The translations under genes and the position numbers were made by a program. A DNA stretch of 64,000 nucleotides from an uncultured Acidobacteriota bacterium (GTDB taxonomy: Bacteria; Acidobacteriota; Blastocatellia; RBC074). The notes beneath the pieces were generated by a model. The model had not been told where the DNA came from, did no database searches, and saw nothing but the letters and a program-made list of their open reading frames with translations. Positions within the stretch are counted from its first letter, which is position 1, and each line of letters starts with the position of its first letter. Shown here piece after piece: positions 17,420 to 27,600 of the stretch. The stretch lies in assembly GCA_963796275.1 (NCBI GenBank), contig CAWCKY010000006.1, positions 832,001 to 896,000 on the forward strand, in the 5' to 3' direction.

Positions 17420-20400
17420 ATGTATCTCCCCAGGCGAATTCTGAGTTTGGTCTTTTTTCTCTCAAGTTTCCATCTCCTGGCGATGGCGCAGACAGCCGGA
17501 ACGGGGGCGCTGACAGGCATCGTGACCGACAACTCCGGAGCAGTCATACAGGAGGCCAGGGTTAGGGTGATCAACGAAGCAACAGGAGCGGTTCGCAGTG
17601 TGGCTTCGCGTCAGAATGGGATATACATGGTCCCGTTGCTGCCGCCCGGCTCCTATCGCGTGGAGTTCTCCCGGAGCGGCTTCAAGACCGCGGTCAAGCC
17701 CGGCCTCGAGATAAATGTCACTGAGACCGCGCGATTCGACATCGGGCTCGAACTGGGAGAGGTACAGGAGCAGATTACCGTCACCTCCGAAGTGCAATTG
17801 TTGCAGACGGAATCGAGCGCACTGGGCCGCATCACGGATCGGGCGTTGGTGAGCAACCTGCCGCTGGTAACTCGCGACTACACACAGATCGTCACGCTTT
17901 CGCCCGGAGTCGCTTCCAATGTGACCAATGCAGCTGAACTGGGCCGAGGTAATGGCGGGTTAACGCAGGGCAGTTTCCGCGCTTACGGTGCGGGCGGCGC
18001 GGACAATAACTTCCAGATGAATGGGGTTCAGATCAATGACCTGCAGGCGAGCGGGGCATTTAGCGGAGGAGTGGCGATCCCCAATCCCGACGCGATTCAG
18101 GAATTCAAAGTGCAGACCGGGCTCTACGATGCCACCTACGGGCGGAACGCAGGGGCCAATGTCAACGTCGTGACCAGAAGCGGCAGCAATGAGATGCACG
18201 GCAACATTTTCGAGTACTTTCGCAACGACGCGCTCAACGCCAATGAGTTCTTTCGCAATCTAAATGGGCAGCCGCGCGGAGTGCTCAAGCAGAATCAGTT
18301 CGGCTTAACGCTTGGCGGCCCTCTGAAGCGGGACAAGCTGCTGTTTTTTATCTCCTACCAGGGAATGCGCCAGATCAATGGTCTGAGCAACGGGGCCACC
18401 AGCAACTTCTTAACGCCGCCCTTCACCGATGACCGCTCGCGGGCTGCGCTGGGCCGCTTGTTTCAGGGGCAGCGCGGCTTTTTCCAAAATGCGGCGGGTG
18501 GAATAGGGCCAGCGATTGCAGCAGACGGGTCCAACATCAGCCCGCAGGCACTCGCCCTGCTCAATCTCAAACATCCCAACGGGCAGTATGTTATTCCGAC
18601 GCCGCAGACGATCAATCCGGCCGTCGGCTTCGATGTTCAGGGGCGCTCCGCCTTCAGCGTCCCCGCGACCTTTGACGAAGACCAGTTCCTGGTCAACCTC
18701 GACTTTTTACATACGGAGAGGAGCAAATTCGCCGGCCGCTCCTTCCTGGCCAACAGCAGACAGAATCTCCCGCTGCCACTCTCGCAGCTCGGAATTACGG
18801 CTCCCGGCTTCCCGCAGTTGTCAGCCAGCCGAATGCGGAACCTGTCCCTCGCTCATACATATACATTCAGCCCCACGCTGCTTAACAATGCGGAGTTCGG
18901 TTTTCACCGAATCGCGTCGCCGGCCATCCAGCAAGAGATCTTTAAGTGGTCGGATGTCGGGGTTCAAGCGCCGCCGGTCGCGAACGACTATCCGGTAGTG
19001 GGCATTGCAGGTTCGCTGGCGCTGGGCGGCAATGGGCAAGGATTGGATCTGGTCCAGAACCACTTCACTTTTCAGGACTCGTTGACCTACATCCGCGGGC
19101 GGCACACGCTCCGTTTCGGCGGCGGCATCACGCGCAGCCAGGTCAACCTATCGGATTTTCACTTTTTTGGCGGTCTTCAATTCCAAAGCTGGCCGGACTT
19201 TTTGCTGGGCTTGCCGGCCGGGACGGTAGCGTCAGGCGGTAACGGCACGGCGGTGAGCAATGTATCCGTCTCCATTGATATCCCCGGTATGCTCGATCGC
19301 ACGTGGCGGCTGACGGATGGCAATGCATTCATCCAGGATGACATCAAGCTGAGCCAATCCTTCACCTTGAATCTCGGCGTCCGTTACGAACGCCTGTCGA
19401 ACCTGGGAGACACTTTGGGCCGCAACAGCGGGTTCGACATCGCCATGGCCAATCCCAATCCTCCGGCCGCCGGGAGCATCGAAGGTTTTGTCGTCTCGCA
19501 GAATTTTCCGGGCACCGTTCCGCCGGGAGTCAGGCAGTTGGACAACACCTATGGCATTCGCGGCGAGCACCAGAACAACGTGGGCCCGCGCATCGGGTTG
19601 GCCTGGCGATTGCCAAGCGGCGGATCAACACTGGCCGGGAGGATGGTTCTGCGCGGCGGATATGGAATCTATTACACGCGCGCCACCGGACAACCGTTTC
19701 TCCAACTGGCGGCGGCGCCGCCGTTTGCATTGGTCCGCCAACTGGCTGGACCGCCAAATGGTGCAGCCAGCTTCTCCAATCCGTTCGGCCCGGATCTGAC
19801 CTTCCCGCAATTCCCCGCCTACTCGCCGGCCACGGCGCGGACAATCTCATTCATCGATCAGGGATATCGTCCTCCCGTGACGCAGCAGTTCAGCCTCAAC
19901 CTCCAAACGGAGATGGGGCGCGATCTACTGCTCGAAGTGGGATACGTCGGCACACGCGGCACGCACCAGATCCAAAACCGTTCGCTCAACCAGGCGCTCC
20001 TGGCCAGTCCGGCCAACCCGATCCGGGGAGAGACGACCAATACCATCGCCAATATTGGACGGCGCGTGCCATTTATCGGTTTTACCGCACCGGGTCTCAA
20101 TGTTATCGATTCGTCCGCCTCGTCGTGGTACCACGGCATGGACGCGAGCCTAACCAAGCGGCTGAGCAGGGGGCTGCAATTTCTGGCGGCTTACACTTTC
20201 TCACATGCTTACAGCACTTTTGGCAGGAACACTTCCGCCGCCGGGGTCGCGGGAATCGCCGGAAACCAGAACGACGCGCGCGCTAATTATGGCCGCAGCG
20301 AGTTCAATCGCGAACACCGTCTGGTTGTAAGCTATCTATACCAATTTCCCAGCCCCCAGAGATTCAGCGCTTTACTTGACAATTTCCTCGGCGGATGGGC

Positions 20401-20932
20401 GGTAGCGGGAGTGACCACGTTTCAGTCAGGTTTGCCGATGAGTTTAACCGGGACGAACGTGAGTAATGTCTTGGGGATCACGACCGACCGCGTGCAGCTG
20501 GCTCCGGGCTGTACATATGGCGATCTGACGAACTCCGGTCCGGTGCATGGCAAACTGAATAATTACTTCAATAATAATTGCATTCTCCGCGGGCCGGCGC
20601 CGGTGAACTCCCGACCGGGAACATTAGGGCCAGCTATGTGGCCGGTGGTTGGAGATGACGGAATAGCGACGGCATTCGGCAACAGCGGCGTGGGCGTCAT
20701 CTTCGGGCCCGACCAGCGGAACTTCGACCTTGCGCTTATTAAGCGAACCCCAGTCAGGCGGCTGCGTGATGGCGCCAACATCGAATTGCGCGTGGAGCTC
20801 TTCAACGCTTTCAACACGACGCAATTCAACAGTCCCAACACCAACGTTTCGACGGGAAATAACTTCGGCGTGATTACGACCACGGCGGTCAACCCGCGGA
20901 TCATGCAGATTGCGCTGAAGGTGAACTTCTAG
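17420..20932 (+). CDS. TonB-dependent receptor (Oar-like) with N-terminal carboxypeptidase-regulatory-like domain
   Basis: Signal peptide ending AMAQ. G.VTD.SGAVI, DAIQEFKVQT, SGSNEMHG..FEYFRND, NQFG.TLGGP. C-terminus PRIMQIALKVNF. Confidence 0.93.
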   Translation: MYLPRRILSLVFFLSSFHLLAMAQTAGTGALTGIVTDNSGAVIQEARVRVINEATGAVRSVASRQNGIYMVPLLPPGSYRVEFSRSGFKTAVKPGLEINVTETARFDIGLELGEVQEQITVTSEVQLLQTESSALGRITDRALVSNLPLVTRDYTQIVTLSPGVASNVTNAAELGRGNGGLTQGSFRAYGAGGADNNFQMNGVQINDLQASGAFSGGVAIPNPDAIQEFKVQTGLYDATYGRNAGANVNVVTRSGSNEMHGNIFEYFRNDALNANEFFRNLNGQPRGVLKQNQFGLTLGGPLKRDKLLFFISYQGMRQINGLSNGATSNFLTPPFTDDRSRAALGRLFQGQRGFFQNAAGGIGPAIAADGSNISPQALALLNLKHPNGQYVIPTPQTINPAVGFDVQGRSAFSVPATFDEDQFLVNLDFLHTERSKFAGRSFLANSRQNLPLPLSQLGITAPGFPQLSASRMRNLSLAHTYTFSPTLLNNAEFGFHRIASPAIQQEIFKWSDVGVQAPPVANDYPVVGIAGSLALGGNGQGLDLVQNHFTFQDSLTYIRGRHTLRFGGGITRSQVNLSDFHFFGGLQFQSWPDFLLGLPAGTVASGGNGTAVSNVSVSIDIPGMLDRTWRLTDGNAFIQDDIKLSQSFTLNLGVRYERLSNLGDTLGRNSGFDIAMANPNPPAAGSIEGFVVSQNFPGTVPPGVRQLDNTYGIRGEHQNNVGPRIGLAWRLPSGGSTLAGRMVLRGGYGIYYTRATGQPFLQLAAAPPFALVRQLAGPPNGAASFSNPFGPDLTFPQFPAYSPATARTISFIDQGYRPPVTQQFSLNLQTEMGRDLLLEVGYVGTRGTHQIQNRSLNQALLASPANPIRGETTNTIANIGRRVPFIGFTAPGLNVIDSSASSWYHGMDASLTKRLSRGLQFLAAYTFSHAYSTFGRNTSAAGVAGIAGNQNDARANYGRSEFNREHRLVVSYLYQFPSPQRFSALLDNFLGGWAVAGVTTFQSGLPMSLTGTNVSNVLGITTDRVQLAPGCTYGDLTNSGPVHGKLNNYFNNNCILRGPAPVNSRPGTLGPAMWPVVGDDGIATAFGNSGVGVIFGPDQRNFDLALIKRTPVRRLRDGANIELRVELFNAFNTTQFNSPNTNVSTGNNFGVITTTAVNPRIMQIALKVNF

Positions 20933-21035
20933 CGGGATGAAAGGATATCTCCCAACAGCGCGTGTTTCGGTTTAAACTGTCCACGCTTCAGTCGCGCCTG
21001 ACGGCATCGTTTTGTGGTTCTGAAAAGGGGGAAAA

Positions 21036-21704
21036 ACGCCGCAGATCGTGGCGGGTGGCGATTTGAAATATGACGAATCGTTCTATTCGAGCTATGCGAT
21101 GGGTTGGAGCGTAAGCTCCTATCGCGGGCATCCAGTATTCTCGCATGGCGGTGGCATTGACGGGTTCACTTCACAGGTCCGGTTTCTGCCAAAAGACCAG
21201 TTGGCCGTGGTCGTTTTGACCAATTCAGGTTCGCCTGCAAGCGGTCTCATCAGCACCAATGCCGTGGAACGGATACTCGGTTTGAGCGAGGTGCTGTGGG
21301 CGAACCGCACCAAAGACGATATAGCCAAAGCGAGAGAGGCTCAGGCGAAAGCAAGAGCGGAAAACGATGCGAAACGCAAGAAGGATACGCGGCCGTCACA
21401 CGCGCTGAAAGATTACACCGGACAATTCGAGCATCCGGCTTATCAGACATTGACGATCACGCAAGAGGGCGAGCAGTTGAAGTTCGATCTTCATGGCCTG
21501 GCCGGCGGGCTGAAGCATTATCACTATGACATCTTTCAGGCGTTGGAAGGATATCCCGGGGGATTTGAAGGGACGAAGATGACCTTCCTGATGAACAGTG
21601 CAGGGGAGATCGACCGAGTGACCATAGCTCTCGAGCCGAATGTGAAGGAGATCGTCTTCACGCGAAAACCGGCACAGCCGGAAAAGGCTGCTGCCCAGGA
21701 TTGA
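21036..21704 (+). pseudogene. C-terminal fragment of a beta-lactamase-family serine hydrolase with DUF3471-like domain
   Basis: Begins mid-domain (TPQIV...YAMGW...SHGGGIDGF) and lacks the SxxK/YxN half. YTGQFEHPAY tail. Paralogous to the next gene. Confidence 0.8.
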
Positions 21705-21748
21705 TTTGGCTCAGCTCTTTGAGGGCGACCTCAATGAAAGGACAAACA

Positions 21749-23555
21749 ATGAAAATCGATCGTATTCTCGCCATTCTCTTCATGCTTGCGCTGACCATAG
21801 GGTTCAACGCCAAGGCTCAGGATGCTCCGCTACAGGGCTTCGACGATTACGTCAACAAGGCTCGAGCGGACTGGGATGTGCCGGGAGTCGCCATTGCGAT
21901 AGTCAAAGATGACAGGATCGTTTTGGCGAAAGGCTACGGGCTGCGCGAGTTGAACAAACCGGCGCCGGTCGATGAGCGCACTATCTTCGCCATCGGCTCG
22001 TCCTCGAAAGCCTTCACCGCCGCGGCGCTCGCCATGCTGGTCGACGAAGGCAAGGTCAAGTGGGACGAGCCGGTGACGAAATATCTGCCCGGGTTCGAGC
22101 TCTACGACGCCTATGCCGCGAAAGAGATGACGGTGCGCGATCTGCTCTGTCATCGCAGCGGATTGGCGCGCGGCGATATGGTGTGGTACGGCTCGACCTT
22201 CAACCGCGATGAGATTGTGCGCCGCGCGCGCTACCTCAAACCGAGCTGGAGCTTCCGGAGCCATTTCGGCTATCAGAACATTATGTACCTGGCCGCCGGA
22301 CAGATAGTTCAAGCCGTCACGGGACAAAGCTGGGATGATTTCATCAAGGGACGTTTCTTCAAACCGCTCGGTATGGCGGCGAGCAGTACGAGCATAAATC
22401 AGCTGAAATCATCAGAGAACGTTGCCGCACCGCATGCGAAGATCGACGAAAAGGTCGCAGTCATACCCTGGCGCAACATCGACAACATAGCTCCGGCAGG
22501 TTCGATCAACTCCAACGTCATTGAAATGGCTTCATGGGTTCGCCTTCAACTCAATCAGGGCAGTTACTCGGGGCAGCGGTTGCTCAGTTCCGGCGCGATT
22601 TCCGAGATGCATAAATCGCACTCTATCATCCCGTCCGATCCGCCCTGGACGCTGATGTTTCCGCAAGCGCACTTTCTCAATTACGGGTTGGGTTGGTTCT
22701 TGTATGACTATCGCGGCCGCAAGATCGTGGATCACGGCGGAAATATCGACGGGATGAGCGCGCTGGTGGCCCTGGTGCCGGAAGAGAAGTTGGGGCTTGT
22801 GATTCTCACCAACTTGAGCGGTTGCGAGCTGCGGACGGCGCTCAAGTATCGCATTTTCGATGCCTTCCTCGGCGGCGAGCCGAAGGATTGGAGCGCAGCG
22901 CATCTGAAGACGATTAAGGGTTACGAGACGCAGATCAAAGCCGCCGAGAAGAAACGACTTGACGAGAGAGTCAAAGATACCAAACCCTCGCTGGCCCTCG
23001 AAAAATATGCGGGAACATATGATGACGAGATGTATGGCGAGGTGAAAGTGGCGCAGGACGAAAGCGGCAAGCTGGTGATCCGCTACGGTCAGACATTCAC
23101 GGGAGAATCTGTCGCACTGGCATTATGACACTTTCCAGGCGACATGGCGCGATCGCACGCTCGGCAAGGCGCTGATCACTTTCGCTCTCGATACGAGCGG
23201 CAAAGTGGAGTCTGTGAAAGTGCAGAACCTGACTGACTTCAAACGCCAACCGGAAAAGCCGGCAGCCGCCGCCGCCGTGGCGCTGAGCGAAGCCGAGCTC
23301 AAGAAATTCGCGGGTCGCTATGAGCTCGCAGCGCCGCCGCTGGAGGTCAGCATCGAGTTGGTCGGCGGCCAATTGAAAGCGGTGATGCCGGCGCGACCGG
23401 TGACGACGCTTGTCCCCGTCTCGGCAGATCGCTTTACGGTGGAAGGGGCGCCAGTGGCTATCTTTGTGCAGTTCAAACTGGAGGACGGGAAGGTGAGTGC
23501 GATGACGATCGAGCAGGGATCGAATCCGGCGCTGACCTTCAAACCCAAGACTTAA
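21749..23555 (+). CDS. Secreted serine hydrolase (class C beta-lactamase/D-aminopeptidase fold) with two DUF3471-like domains; +1 frameshift near 23106
   Basis: Signal peptide; SSSK, YQN and HGG motifs. Removing one A from ggagaatctg restores GDLSHWHYDTFQATWRD... in frame with ORF 23205..23555. Confidence 0.88.
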
Positions 23556-24379
23556 GCCTTCACCCCGGCGCTCACGGTCCATCCGCCATCAACCGTGATC
23601 GTTTCTCCGGTGATGTAATCCGAAGCATCGGAGGCCAGAAAGACAGTCACGCCGGCTAACTCCGAAGGGATGCCTGGCCGCCCCATCGGGATCACGCCCA
23701 CCGCGCTGTCATACAACTCAGGATTGGAGAAGACCGAGTCGGTCATCTTCGTCCAGAAGCGTCCAGGCGCGATGGAGTTGACGCAGATGTTTTCTCTGGC
23801 GAAATCGACCGCCAGAGAGCGCGTCATCTGGCGCATACCGCCTTTGCTGATCGAGTAAAGCGCGATGTTGGGAACGATTACTTCATAGACGATCGATCCG
23901 ACATTGATGATCTTCGCCTTGTGCGGGCGGCCGGTTTGCCGCCGCATCACGCGCAACGCTTCTTGACAGGCGAAGAACGCGCCTTTCAGATTGATTCCGA
24001 TCAACCTGTCCCATTCCTCTTCAGTGAAATCGACGGCAGATTTACGGTTGTTGATCCCAGCTGCGTTGACCAATATGTCGAGGCGATTGAAATGATTCGC
24101 GGTCTTTTGGACCATCGCCCGTACTGACTCGACGTTGCTCACGTCCGCGGGAACGGTCAGAACCGCACGGCCGGCCTTGCGAATAAGCCCGGCGGCGGCC
24201 TCGAGCTCCGATTCAGTGCGCGACGCGATCGCTATATCAGCGCCCGCACTGGCCAGCGCCTGGGCCATTGCCAGTCCCAGACCGCGTCCACCCCCCGTGA
24301 TTAGCGCCGCGCGGCCATCCAGGCGGAAACTGGGCATCTTAAATTCTTCGTCTCTTGGCATTCTTCTTTCGATATTCAT
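23552..24379 (-). CDS. SDR oxidoreductase (gluconate 5-dehydrogenase/KduD-like)
   Basis: TGGGRGLG, DILVNAAG, YSISK (YxxxK), FLASDASDYITG...VDGG. Confidence 0.92.
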   Translation of the reverse strand: MNIERRMPRDEEFKMPSFRLDGRAALITGGGRGLGLAMAQALASAGADIAIASRTESELEAAAGLIRKAGRAVLTVPADVSNVESVRAMVQKTANHFNRLDILVNAAGINNRKSAVDFTEEEWDRLIGINLKGAFFACQEALRVMRRQTGRPHKAKIINVGSIVYEVIVPNIALYSISKGGMRQMTRSLAVDFARENICVNSIAPGRFWTKMTDSVFSNPELYDSAVGVIPMGRPGIPSELAGVTVFLASDASDYITGETITVDGGWTVSAGVKA

Positions 24380-24697
24380 AATATGGTTAGAAAATCCTTC
24401 CCCAGATCGGTGTATCTATTCCTCCAATGCAATCCGGCAGACGCAATGCGTCTTTGCGTTTTTATGCCTTTGCGTTGCAGAATGAGAGGCTTGAATTTAC
24501 GATAGTTAAATTACGATTGCTATTTGTTAAACGAAGCGAATTGTTTATCACAATGGGCGCAAAATGACAAAAAGCAAGATGTATGTGAGAAAGATGTAAG
24601 CAAGTTTGGGGTTTAAATTATATTTTGCGAACTCGTGTGATTAATGTTCTAAAAAACTGCTGGAACAGAAATCCCCTCCCCTCACAATTGGAGATTT

Positions 24698-27600
24698 ATG
24701 TCGAGCACGGAAATCGGAAGAAAAAGGCTCAAACAAATATTTCAGTATCTTGAAGCGTTCAATCAACAGCGCAACCCGGTGATCCGCCAGGTCGAGGAGC
24801 AGGAATGGGTTCTCTGGATGAAGAGCCTGCCCGTGCATCCGACGATCACTCGTCACAAGGAAGGCGACGATTCGTTCGTGCTTAAAGTGAGCCGGGCGTC
24901 TCTCATTTCTTCTCCGCCTCCGCCATATGAGATAAGAGATTGGCTGCGGTCCGGCTGGGAGGATCCTTTCAAACCGGAGAAACTTATTGAGTTCAAGATC
25001 GATAAGGATCATCAGGGAAAAGAGATAAAGATCAGGTTCGAGGATTCGCCCGATCGCGTTAAAGCATACAAAATTTGGAAGGAAGAGCGTGGCGTTTGGG
25101 CCGCGCAGGAGCGGCCAGCGCGCGAGTCTTATAAGGTCTTCGAGCGCGTATATGCGCTCTACAACCGCGTCGAACGAGAGGCGGGGAGACTCGAGCTCGT
25201 TCTCGGCGATGGAATTCTCAGCTGGGGCCTGCCCGAGAGGGGGATCAACCACCCGATCCTGCTCAAGCATGTGCAGCTCACCTTTGACCCGCAAACTCCG
25301 GAGTTCACGTTCCAGTTCACCGATCAGCCGGTTGAACTCTACACCGCGCTACTGGGAACGGATTCGAATGTCGACCCCAAGTTGATCGCCCAGATCCGCG
25401 ATGAATGCGAGCGGAGGAACTTCTATCTCTCGGATGTGAGAGCTACCTCCGAATTTCTCAAAGGGGTAGTCACGAGGCTGGCGCCGGGAGGCGAGTTCAT
25501 TCCTGAAGGCGGCGGCAGGGGTGAATCGGAAATTTCGAATATTCCTAATGCCACGGATGTCACGGATGTCGCGAATGCCCCGCATGCACCGCTTACCCCG
25601 CGCATCGCCATTGGCCCGGTAATAATCGCCCGCCAGCGAACGCTCGGTTATGCGCGCGCGATCGAATCGATCCTCGAAGAGATACCTGACCTGGAGCTGG
25701 ACGAGATACCTCTATCGTTGCTCAGCATCACCGGCGTCGAATCGCCCGGGAGGATATCGGATTCCGCTTGCATCAGACTGGACGGGGGAGGCAACGAGGA
25801 TGAAGAGATACTCTTCAACAAACCGGCGAACCCTGAGCAATTGATGATAGCCAAACGGCTTGAGCATTATGGATGCGTTCTCGTGCAGGGCCCGCCGGGA
25901 ACGGGGAAGACGCACACCATCGCCAACCTGATCGGACATTTACTGGCCAAAGGCCTCTCGGTGCTGGTGACGAGTCATACGACCAAGGCGCTGCGCGTCC
26001 TGCGCGATAAGGTCGACGATCGCGTCAAATCGCTCTGCGTCAGTTTGCTCGACAATGACACGGAGGGGCAGGCGCAGATGTCGGCTGCAATAGGCGACAT
26101 CGCCGAACGCCTGAACGATGATGAGGCCGGTCTCGAACTCAGGTTATCCGAAATGTGGCGCGCCCGTGCGCAGATCATCGCTGAACTGAGGATTTTACGG
26201 ACCCGGCTCTATGAGGCGCGGGCATCGGAATATCGCGATATTTCTCTCGGCGGAAGAAGCTATCCGCCTTCGCAGGCGGCGCGGATGGTTAAGGAAGGGC
26301 GGGGCGCGGATGATTGGATCCCGCGTCCAATACTGTCGGACCACGGCCTCCCGTTGGACGAGGGCGAAGTGGATGAGCTATACCGGACGAGCCGGGCGGT
26401 CCCGGAGAAGTTCGAAAAATATTTCACTTCGCCGCCGCTAGACCCGGGCTTCCTGATGCGAGCGGATGAGTTTCGCGCCCTCCTGAAGGAGCACAAATCA
26501 CTCGAGGCTGGCCGGGGCAGGGAAGCCGAAGAATTCTGGAGAGCGGAGATCGAAGCCTCGCCCGACGTCCTCGCCGAGTTACTCGCAAAGATGAAGGCGG
26601 CTGTCGAGCCGATCGTTCAGGGCCTCAATGACCCATTCAAGCTGGCCATTATCAATGACAGCCGGCGCGGCGGTTCGTATCGCGCACCGTGGGCCGAGTT
26701 GATCGATAAGATATTAGATGTTTTGGATGTCGCCGGCTCGTGCCGACCCCTGATCTTGAATCAAGGGCCGCAGCCGGCCGCCAACATTCCGCACGACCAG
26801 CAGATCAAGGCGCTGGAAGAGATCATCGCACATCTCGACGGCGGCGGAAGTTTGAGTAAGATGAATCTGTTGTTGCACGCCGAATGGAAGGCTCTGATCT
26901 CACAATCGCGAGTGGATGGGAAGCGACCAGGTGAGGTGGCGCACTTCAAAGCTCTGCACTCTGCGGTCAACCTCGAGCTTTTAAGGACCAATCTGATAAA
27001 CCGCTGGGACCGGCATCTCGTGCCGCTGGGCGTCCCGTCAGCCAATGATTTCCGTCCCACTCCGGAAGAGGCGTGTAACCAATATGTCGACCTCATCAGA
27101 AATCTGCTCGCGTGGCAGGAAGATGCCTGGCATCCGATCGAGCAGGAATTGCGAGAAGTTGGTTTTGAGTGGGAGGCATTTTTACGCAGCGTCCCGCTAA
27201 ACCTGCAGCCGAATGGCGATATGATCAGATTGGCGGAGGCGGTTCGCAATCATCTGCCGGCGATCTTCGAAGCGCGAATTCTCAAGATGCGGAGAAGCGA
27301 ACTGGAGCGCCGGATCGATGAATACCAGGCTCAAATTCGCGATTTGCCAGCCGGCGAAAATTCGATGGAACTGTTAGGCGAGCTACTGCGCGCTCTGGAA
27401 TCGGGCGACGCTGATACGTACTCCCGCATCTCCGATCGCATCGTAGATCTCCACTCCCGCTATCAAACATATCTGCGCAGATGCGAGCTGCTCGAGCGGC
27501 TCGAACCGCATGCGCCGGGTTGGGCGAAAGCTATCCGAACGCGGTCCGGGATTCACGGGGGCGATGTCCCGCCGGGAGACGCGCAAAAGGCATGGCTCTG

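Noticed and set aside
17200-17420. Overlapping N-terminal extensions in the ORF track (17225 +, 17275 -; likewise 5880, 35201, 52388, 53675)
   Set aside because: Downstream ATGs, most with an RBS and at signal-peptide or domain starts, fit better; the extensions cover promoter DNA or pseudogene scraps.
23100-23112. Programmed ribosomal frameshifting at the split genes
   Set aside because: No slippery heptamer or stimulatory structure is evident; sequencing error is simpler.
21749-23555. Calling the serine hydrolase an AmpC beta-lactamase resistance gene
   Set aside because: The HGG triad and DUF3471-like tails fit the broad peptidase/esterase group; no evidence for beta-lactam specificity.
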